Positions 58,216 through 64,000 of a DNA stretch of 64,000 nucleotides are shown here, in pieces (the stretch's first letter is position 1; each line of letters starts with the position of its first letter). This DNA is from a virus (lineage: Duplodnaviria; Caudoviricetes), in IMG/VR virus record IMGVR_UViG_3300033463_000110, positions 1,587-65,586 of that record, one strand, 5' to 3'. The translations under genes and the position numbers were made by a program. The notes beneath the pieces are model-generated. The model had not been told where the DNA came from and searched no databases. It was given only the letters and a program-made list of their open reading frames with translations.

Positions 58216-58431
58216 TTAGCCCACGGTGGGCTAAAATATGCAAAAAATTCTTTGTAAGTTGCTAAAAATTCTTTTCGTTGCTCTTTCAAAAACCGCATTA
58301 CGACGCGCTGAAATGCCGTTTTAAGCCACTGCGACGGGTGCTTGGTTTTTATGCGCTCACCTCCACGGATACCCCTTTCAGCGTTGCCTGGAAGGGGTTT
58401 TTCGTATCCCGTGGGCTAAAAAGTGGGCTAA
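58216..58431. promoter_or_regulatory. candidate attP with arm-type repeats
   Basis: GTGGGCTAA at 58226, 58411 and 58423, inverted at 58216-58224; directly upstream of the integrase. Confidence 0.5.
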
Positions 58432-58742
58432 CTCTTTTCGGCGAGTCTTTCGACCATCGCGGCAAGCAACCTTACGGCATTTTCCAAAGCCTCAAGCCGG
58501 GCTATCACCTCGCTTTTCTCCCTTTCTTCCATAAGCGGCGCACCGTCTCCCGTGTAAAGCCAATCGCGGGAAACGGTCGGAAACGCCCCTAAAATGCGCT
58601 CAAAGTAAAAAGACGGGTTCCCTTTCCCATTACGGACGCGGGATAGAACATCGGGCCTTATTCCGGCCTTCAACGCGAAGGCGCGGGCATTGTTCCCGGC
58701 AAGGACTTTAATGAGATAGTCGAGGCGTTCGTGTTCGTTCAT
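58428..58742 (-). CDS. Cro/C1-type HTH protein
   Basis: NNARAFALKAGIRPDVLSRV, C-terminal coiled coil. Confidence 0.75.
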   Translation of the reverse strand: MNEHERLDYLIKVLAGNNARAFALKAGIRPDVLSRVRNGKGNPSFYFERILGAFPTVSRDWLYTGDGAPLMEEREKSEVIARLEALENAVRLLAAMVERLAEKS

Positions 58743-58743
58743 G

Positions 58744-59400
58744 TCAGTCGAGGGTTATCGCCCCGTTCACCAGGGCTATCTGGATGATGTCGTCGGTCGG
58801 CACATCGAAGGGGGCGTACTCCGTGTTGTCCGAAACGCACTTGATGTACCCATCCTTCTCCGACGGATGGACGCGCTTTATCATAATCCCCTGGCTCCGG
58901 GTCAGGATCACATACGCCCGGTTCCATTGTAGAAAATATAGGTTGTCGAGGGCCACCTTCTTGCATGCCACGATGTCCCCGCCGTTGTACTTCGGCACCA
59001 TGCTATCTCCCTTCACGCGGATTAGGAAATCGGAGTTCTTGAACTCGGAAACCGTATAGAAATCTTCTATCCGTTCATCGTCGTATGATGGTAAGCCCGG
59101 ACCGGCGAAAGCCTCCGCCGGGATAAGCGGAAGGGAGTGTGCGGAAGGAGAAGGGGGTGGGGTGGGGGTGGTGCTGGTAAGCATTTCGCCTTCACCGGCC
59201 ATAAGCCATTTGGGAGAAATCCCCAAATCGGAGGAAAGAATAGCGTACAAAAGCGGGTATCCAGGTGCGCTTCTTTTTCCGCCGATAATGTCTTTAAGCG
59301 AGGACACGTCCTTGCCGATCCGTCGGCAGAACTCCGACTTGTTTCCGCCGCAAATCGCGTCTATGGCGCGTTGTAGCCTGTCCTGAATATTGCTGTCCAT
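58744..59400 (-). CDS. CI-like repressor (HTH plus S24 peptidase)
   Basis: NKSEFCRRIG HTH, VKGDSMVP, IMIKRV. Confidence 0.92.
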   Translation of the reverse strand: MDSNIQDRLQRAIDAICGGNKSEFCRRIGKDVSSLKDIIGGKRSAPGYPLLYAILSSDLGISPKWLMAGEGEMLTSTTPTPPPSPSAHSLPLIPAEAFAGPGLPSYDDERIEDFYTVSEFKNSDFLIRVKGDSMVPKYNGGDIVACKKVALDNLYFLQWNRAYVILTRSQGIMIKRVHPSEKDGYIKCVSDNTEYAPFDVPTDDIIQIALVNGAITLD

Positions 59401-59440
59401 AACTCAAATTGTTTGTGTAAGGTCGGCACAAAAGACGGGC

Positions 59441-59516
59441 GGAAACTTCCTAAAAAAATTTATTTGCGAAATTCTCCTAAAAAGTTTTGGTGGTTCGGGA
59501 AATTCTCCTAACTTTG
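59441..59516 (+). promoter_or_regulatory. lytic promoter with repeated operator-like sites
   Basis: TTTG-N19-TAACTTTG (59486-59516); GAAATTCTCCTAA at 59468 and 59499, GGAAACTTCCTAA at 59441. Confidence 0.75.
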
Positions 59517-60049
59517 CAATCGGGTTTGATAACTAACTAACACCCGAAGGCAAAGAAAGCGGGGAGCAAAATCCCTTACAATCCGCCCGTGAAAACATTT
59601 AGCACTTGTTTCAAAGGCAAATTTAGGAAAAACTCCCCGCTTTTCAAAACAATCGGAAAGATAACTAACCCGATAGTACATTGACGAGCTGATGGTATGC
59701 CGCGACCTACGACAAAGAGGCGGCTGCGGTCCTGGGGTTAAGCCGAATTTTCCCCTACGACTTAATACGATGCTATCCCTTGCGGATTTGACGATGGGTG
59801 CGAGAATACGGTCCCGCGCTTGATAATGAAACTTGGGAGGAAAATAGAGACAAGGTGGGCGACAGAAACGACCCTAAAAGAACTACTACGATATACAAGG
59901 TATAAGATAGGTATAAATATCGAACCCGCGCAAAGTGATTATCATGCGCCGCCGAGGGCGACGACGAAGGGATGCAAGGGAAGATAGAAACGGAAGGATC
60001 GGGGGCGGTTCCCGGTTGCTTCCGCCATTTCATTTTTATCAATTCTCAA

Positions 60050-60274
60050 ATGGACATCAAGAAAATTACTGACCTTATCGCCGACAAGAAATGGACGGCG
60101 ATGCTTGCGGAACTCCCGGAGGGGGAGCATACCCTCCCGTTTGAAAGCGTTGATGATATTAAGTCCTGCAAGGCGATTGCCTACTCGATCAATTCAGACC
60201 GGACCGGGCGACGCTACACCTTCAACGTGGACAAGGCAGAAAGGACGGCGGTTGTAAAAGTAGAAGTCCTATGA
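60050..60274 (+). CDS. hypothetical protein
   Basis: ATG 60050; ATGA overlap with the next gene. Confidence 0.65.
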   Translation: MDIKKITDLIADKKWTAMLAELPEGEHTLPFESVDDIKSCKAIAYSINSDRTGRRYTFNVDKAERTAVVKVEVL

Positions 60275-60522
60275 CCGAACACATCTGCGAGGCCCTATGC
60301 AACCTGGCCCTGCGCCTCGAACATTCCGTGAACGAGCTTGAAATCGCCAAAAAAAAGAACTACGATAACATCCTTATTTCCTGCAACGAGGCCGCCCGGC
60401 ACCTGGGATGCACATCGTCCACCGTGACGCGGATGCTCAAGGAGGGGAGGCTTCATCGGGTTGCAATAGGGGGCAGCACGGGCATACGCCTGTCGGAGAT
60501 CCTGGAACTGAAAACGCCGTGA
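60271..60522 (+). CDS. excisionase-like HTH protein
   Basis: ISCNEAARHLGCTSSTVTRMLKEGRL. Confidence 0.75.
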   Translation: MTEHICEALCNLALRLEHSVNELEIAKKKNYDNILISCNEAARHLGCTSSTVTRMLKEGRLHRVAIGGSTGIRLSEILELKTP

Positions 60523-60917
60523 GGCGGCTACGGCCCGCAGGGACTGTGCGCCACACCACGAACCGCCGAGCTTTCACGCCATGATAAATTGTTGTTTTGT
60601 TGTTCTATTCGAATACGCTATTCCATTGGTAACGGCCCCGTCTTGGCGGCTCACGGGGCTTTCTTACGAACATTATGTTCAACCCACAATATGCGCCGGA
60701 AAGGACGGCGCGGGGTGCAAGTCCCCATTATGTATGTTTCGGTTCGATTTCCGCCGGGCATCCGTGTCCGGCGAATGGGAGGGTAGTCCAAGTGGTAGAG
60801 ATACGGAGCGGAAGGTGAAACACGCATCCGGGATGTGGTTTTCGAGTACCACCCCTTCCACCAACATCCGAAATATCGGGGGTTGAAAACACAATTCATA
60901 TTAGTTTTTGGGCTATC

Positions 60918-60953
60918 CATCCTTCGCCGTGAGGTGCGGGATGGTTTTTTTCT
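60918..60953 (+). terminator. intrinsic terminator
   Basis: CCATCC...GGATGG stem followed by T8. Confidence 0.6.
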
Positions 60954-60979
60954 TGAAACAACCTTTCAATGAGTTATAT

Positions 60980-61159
60980 ATGAAAAAGAAACTACCAACC
61001 ATCCTCGGTGGACTCTGCATCACGGCAATCCTCTTTGCCTGCTGCATCACCGACCAGAACGGCGACCCTTGCGCCGTGAACTATGTCTTACTGGCCCTTG
61101 CCACGGCACTCGGCATCGGCTCTAAAATAACGGAAAAGAAATATGGACAACTTCGCTAA
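60980..61159 (+). CDS. small two-TM protein
   Basis: MKKKLPTILGGLCITAILFA... Confidence 0.65.
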   Translation: MKKKLPTILGGLCITAILFACCITDQNGDPCAVNYVLLALATALGIGSKITEKKYGQLR

Positions 61160-61412
61160 ACAAGCCTTCGAGGACGCGCTCGAACAGCAGACCGAACGGG
61201 AGTTCGAGGCGTGGATGAAATTCTCCGACAAGGACTTCATGGTTACGACAATGACCGTCATCGCGCGGATCGGGTTGGAAAAGGTAAACAACCTTTGCGG
61301 TGCGGTTATCAAGGCCGGACAAGCGGACACCCTCGCAGAGTACGCACACGGCCTTATGATGTTGGCCTTCCATGCCGGGTACAAGGCGAGGAGTGAGGAG
61401 GTCGGGAAATGA
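61143..61412 (+). CDS. hypothetical protein
   Basis: ORF track; overlaps neighbours. Confidence 0.65.
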   Translation: MDNFAKQAFEDALEQQTEREFEAWMKFSDKDFMVTTMTVIARIGLEKVNNLCGAVIKAGQADTLAEYAHGLMMLAFHAGYKARSEEVGK

Positions 61413-62005
61413 CACCACCCAACAAGATCGTCCTGACCGAAGAACAGGTGGCGTGGCTGAAAGACAACTACGCCACCACACTCAATGACGCCATCCGCAA
61501 GCACCTCGGAATTAGTATGCGTACCCTCAACCGCTTCGCAAAGACACTCGGACTTTCCAAAGACCCCGTTACCATCGAAAGACTCCGGTGCGAAAGAATT
61601 GCCGTAGAAGCCCACAAACGCGCCCTCTTGGGGAAGTATAAGGCCCACCCGGAGAACGGCCTTAAAACAAGGTTTAAGACCGGCTACAAGGCGCGGGAAC
61701 GGTTCGGCGAGGAGAAGTTCGCGGAGATGCACCGGAAGACCGTGGAGACAAGGAGAAAGACCTACATCGAGGAACGGGCGAGGGTAACATTCGGACTCCC
61801 GCAACGGACGAGGATGCGGGTGACAAGGCAACCGAGGCAGAAGATATACCAGCGATATTATTTGAAGAAACTCGGCTATATCCTGGACGAAGCCAACAAC
61901 ATCGCCTATTGGACGGAAAGCACGACACGGGCCGTAAAACTGGAGGCGATGCCGAGAAAATATTACTCATTCAAACCCTATCAAGATGGATTGGAAATAC
62001 ACTAA
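61409..62005 (+). CDS. basic HTH-containing hypothetical protein
   Basis: IRKHLGISMRTLNRFAKTLGL. Confidence 0.7.
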   Translation: MTPPNKIVLTEEQVAWLKDNYATTLNDAIRKHLGISMRTLNRFAKTLGLSKDPVTIERLRCERIAVEAHKRALLGKYKAHPENGLKTRFKTGYKARERFGEEKFAEMHRKTVETRRKTYIEERARVTFGLPQRTRMRVTRQPRQKIYQRYYLKKLGYILDEANNIAYWTESTTRAVKLEAMPRKYYSFKPYQDGLEIH

Positions 62006-62687
62006 CGAAAACCCGCTGAAAGTGGTCACGCTCTGTTCAGGCTACGACTCGCAACTCATGGCCATCCGCAACCTCGGAATTCCCTATGAGTGCATCGGCT
62101 GGAGCGAGATTGACAAGTACGCGATCCGCGCCCACGATGCGGTGTTCCCCGAGATTGCAGACCGCAACCTGGGCGACATGACGAAGATTGATTGGAGCAA
62201 GGTTGAGGACTTCGACTTGCTCTTTTATTCCACACCCTGCACGGACTTTTCAAATGCCGGAAAACAGGCCGGTGGCGAGGAAGGCTCCGGCACCCGTTCG
62301 TCCATCCTCTGGTGGACGCGGTATGCAATCCTTGAAAAGAAACCGAAATACCTTATCATGGAGAACGTGAAGGCCCTCGTCTCCAGCAAGTTCATCACCC
62401 TTTTCCGTAAGTGGCTGGACGAGCTTACCTCCTACGGCTACACGAACTTCTGCCAGGTGCTGAACGCGAAGGACTACGGCATCCCGCAGAACCGCGAACG
62501 GATCTTCGTCGTTTCCATCCTCGGCGACGCCTGGTTCTCCTTTCCCCAGCCGCAGGAACTAAAACTCCGGCTCAAGGACATGCTTGAGGACAAGGTGGAC
62601 GAGAAGTACTACTTGCCACAAGACAAGGTAAACCAATTCATCGAACAGTTGGACGATGACAAGAAGGCTCTCATTGATTCCGATTAA
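61986..62687 (+). CDS. C5 cytosine methyltransferase catalytic core (motifs I-VIII only; split gene)
   Basis: TLCSGYDS (I), SEID (II), STPCTDFS (IV), MENV (VI), PQNRERIF (VIII). Stops just after KYYL; motifs IX-X are not in the window. Confidence 0.9.
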   Translation: MDWKYTNENPLKVVTLCSGYDSQLMAIRNLGIPYECIGWSEIDKYAIRAHDAVFPEIADRNLGDMTKIDWSKVEDFDLLFYSTPCTDFSNAGKQAGGEEGSGTRSSILWWTRYAILEKKPKYLIMENVKALVSSKFITLFRKWLDELTSYGYTNFCQVLNAKDYGIPQNRERIFVVSILGDAWFSFPQPQELKLRLKDMLEDKVDEKYYLPQDKVNQFIEQLDDDKKALIDSD

Positions 62688-62873
62688 CACGGATAGGGGG
62701 GGGTATGCAGAACGATTATAGCCGGATATTTCAAGATGGGTTTCACGAATTTCACTCGGGAGTTTCTCGGAAAGAAAGACGGCTTTACAAAGACCGGCGT
62801 ACTTGAAATATATGAAGATTGCATTTGCAAGCCGCAACCCGGAGAAGAACTACGGGAAGGCGGCATGGAGTGA
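62656..62873 (+). other. TRD-like module 1, out of frame at G8 (62696-62703); G9 restores the frame
   Basis: Restored: MTRRLSLIPINTDRGGVCRTIIAGYFKMGFTNF...TGVLEIYE...; paralogous to module 3. Confidence 0.7.
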
Positions 62874-62966
62874 GGTGGCCGGTACGATACTCGCGACCGA
62901 CTACAAGGCCCCCCCCTATGCCTGATTGTCTATGAAAAAGATAGTTCCGATAAACACGACTGCTGA
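62812..62966 (+). other. TRD-like module 2, out of frame at C8 (62909-62916); C9 restores the frame
   Basis: Restored: MKIAFASRNPEKNYGKAAWSEVAGTILATDYKAPPLCLIVYE... Confidence 0.65.
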
Positions 62967-63127
62967 CGGGTGCGCCTTCACCATCGTAACCAGATACGAA
63001 GGCCGGGCCTATCTCAAGTCCATGACTGGGGGGGGGGGGCGGGTATTACCCATGCACGGGAGTAATCGTAATTTATGATGGACGAGAGGATATTGAAAAT
63101 CAAATTTCCGAGGGAGAAACGGAGTGA
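62932..63127 (+). other. TRD-like module 3, out of frame at G12 (63028-63039); G11 restores the frame
   Basis: Restored: MKKIVPINTTADGCAFTIVTRYEG...GGYYPCTGVIVIYD... Confidence 0.7.
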
Positions 63128-63321
63128 CGGGCTTTCCGTCTATCCGTACAACTTCCTTCCGTATGCCCCCCCCCCGGAACTGCGCTTTCGACTCATACCG
63201 GGGGACGGTCGGCTTCGACGTATTCCCTTTTGCGGTCACGACCAGGATCTCCGCCAGCCAGGAGGTTTTCATAAAGGTATATGAGGATATGGACTATCCC
63301 GATGAAGGGCAAGGGGCATGA
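63075..63321 (+). other. TRD-like module 4, out of frame at C10 (63166-63175); C9 restores the frame
   Basis: Restored: ...PYAPPRNCAFDSYRGTVGFDVFPFAVTTRISASQEVFIKVYE... Confidence 0.65.
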
Positions 63322-63439
63322 GGTAACGGCGCGGAACATCGCGAAAGGCGAACCGCACGAACTTTCAAGGCCGCTTACCACGGACGAGTGGGACAACGCA
63401 TTACTGATTGAATATGGCGAGGATTCTCCCGACGCTTGA
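63281..63439 (+). CDS. TRD-like module 5 (in frame, no homopolymer)
   Basis: MRIWTIPMKGKG...LSRPLTTDEWDNALLIEYG... Confidence 0.6.
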   Translation: MRIWTIPMKGKGHEVTARNIAKGEPHELSRPLTTDEWDNALLIEYGEDSPDA

Positions 63440-63614
63440 GGCCATGCTTCTGGACGGCACGATCCCGATTAGGGGGGGGGCATGGATAGACATTTACAAC
63501 CACTCCGCGAACGGCGAGATAGCCGGGACGATCCACACGCGGATAAGTCACGGAAACTATTGGTATGTCACCGAACTTGAAGATACCGCAGGCGGTAAAG
63601 AAAGGCTACATTGA
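63414..63614 (+). CDS. TRD-like module 6 (in frame with G9 at 63472-63480)
   Basis: MARILPTL...IRGGAWIDIYNHSANGEIAGTIHTRISHGNYWYV... Confidence 0.7.
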   Translation: MARILPTLEAMLLDGTIPIRGGAWIDIYNHSANGEIAGTIHTRISHGNYWYVTELEDTAGGKERLH

Positions 63615-63766
63615 CTGCCCCCCCCCAAGGGGTTTTCGACTGGGCCTACCCGAAAAGCAAATTGAGGCGGGCGAGGGTGCAGGGGAACGGGAACATCTGC
63701 CCGGCCATCACCTGCTCGCCGGAACTGTATTACTATGAAGGAGTCGAAGAAAGGATTGATGTTTAA
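63565..63766 (+). other. TRD-like module 7, out of frame at C9 (63618-63626); C8 restores the frame
   Basis: Restored: MSPNLKIPQAVKKGYIDCPPQGVFDWAYPKSKLRRARVQGNGNICPAITCSPELYYYE... Confidence 0.75.
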
Positions 63767-63936
63767 GAGCCAGTTCGTGCCGGTATGGGGGGGGGCTTTA
63801 CTGCGATATCAGCAACAACCCGTCCTTCAAGTCTGGGGCGAAAGGATTGCCTGGTTTGTCCAGGGCAATCAAGGCCGAGATGCACGACGCAGCCGTGTGT
63901 GTAGAATATGAAACAAAGGAAAGGACTGATTTATAA
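63735..63936 (+). other. TRD-like module 8, out of frame at G9 (63787-63795); G8 restores the frame
   Basis: Restored: MKESKKGLMFKSQFVPVWGGLYCDISNNPSFKSG...LSRAIKAEMHDAAVCVEYE... Confidence 0.7.
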
Positions 63937-64000
63937 GGGCCGGTTCTGGCCACTCTGGGGGGGGGGGGGGGGGCAAAAAAAACAATTCCGACAACTTAAA
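63908..64000 (+). other. TRD-like module 9 (3' truncated) with G17 (63957-63973) and A8
   Basis: MKQRKGLIYKGRFWPLWGGG..., N-terminus paralogous to module 8. Phase cannot be judged. Confidence 0.55.

Noticed and set aside
60712-60726. tRNA gene
   Set aside because: Only a T-arm-like hairpin; I could not build acceptor, D and anticodon arms.
61986-62687. Complete restriction-modification system
   Set aside because: No restriction endonuclease is adjacent to any of the three MTases; they appear to be orphans.
265-63396. Numerous antisense or alternate-frame ORFs in the track (e.g. 3878-4645, 23578-24435, 28011-29111, 30742-31830, 41679-42710, 51489-52421, 55483-56325)
   Set aside because: They overlap well-supported genes and lack motifs; expected shadows of GC-rich codon usage.
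62656-64000. Module frameshifts as sequencing error or simple pseudogene decay
   Set aside because: Breaks fall only in long G/C runs and at identical TATG junctions, while multi-kb genes elsewhere are intact. Exact run lengths could still be miscalled and need read-level checking.
1-64000. Stop-codon reassignment
   Set aside because: Long genes read through under the standard code, and TAA, TGA and TAG all end genes normally.

Overview
The window is almost entirely one temperate, long-tailed (siphovirus-like) phage genome. The host is probably a Bacteroidales species, based on several exact TTTG-N19-21-TAnnTTTG promoters and BACON/LRR/SGNH tail proteins. No host genes, rRNA, tRNA or CRISPR array were seen. 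Order: RecT/YqaJ/SSB, two orphan adenine-type MTases and replication genes (+, 1-11.3 kb); an orphan operon, lysis, tail and capsid genes (-, 11.3-40 kb); terminase, portal and minor head (+, 40-44.4 kb); a gene-poor repeat-rich region (46.9-49.3 kb); an array of early genes, each preceded by the same hairpin plus GAGTTATG element and ending in a tyrosine recombinase (49.3-56.3 kb); integrase, candidate attP and repressors (57-59.4 kb); and a C5 cytosine MTase. The most striking feature is at 62.66-64.0 kb. The MTase core stops after motif VIII and is followed by at least nine overlapping 50-80 codon TRD-like minigenes. Each starts at an ATG buried in the previous module, and eight carry a G/C homopolymer (8-17 nt) that sets them in or out of frame. 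This looks like a candidate combinatorial, phase-variable methylation-specificity system. Product names come from motif recognition and recall, not database searches.
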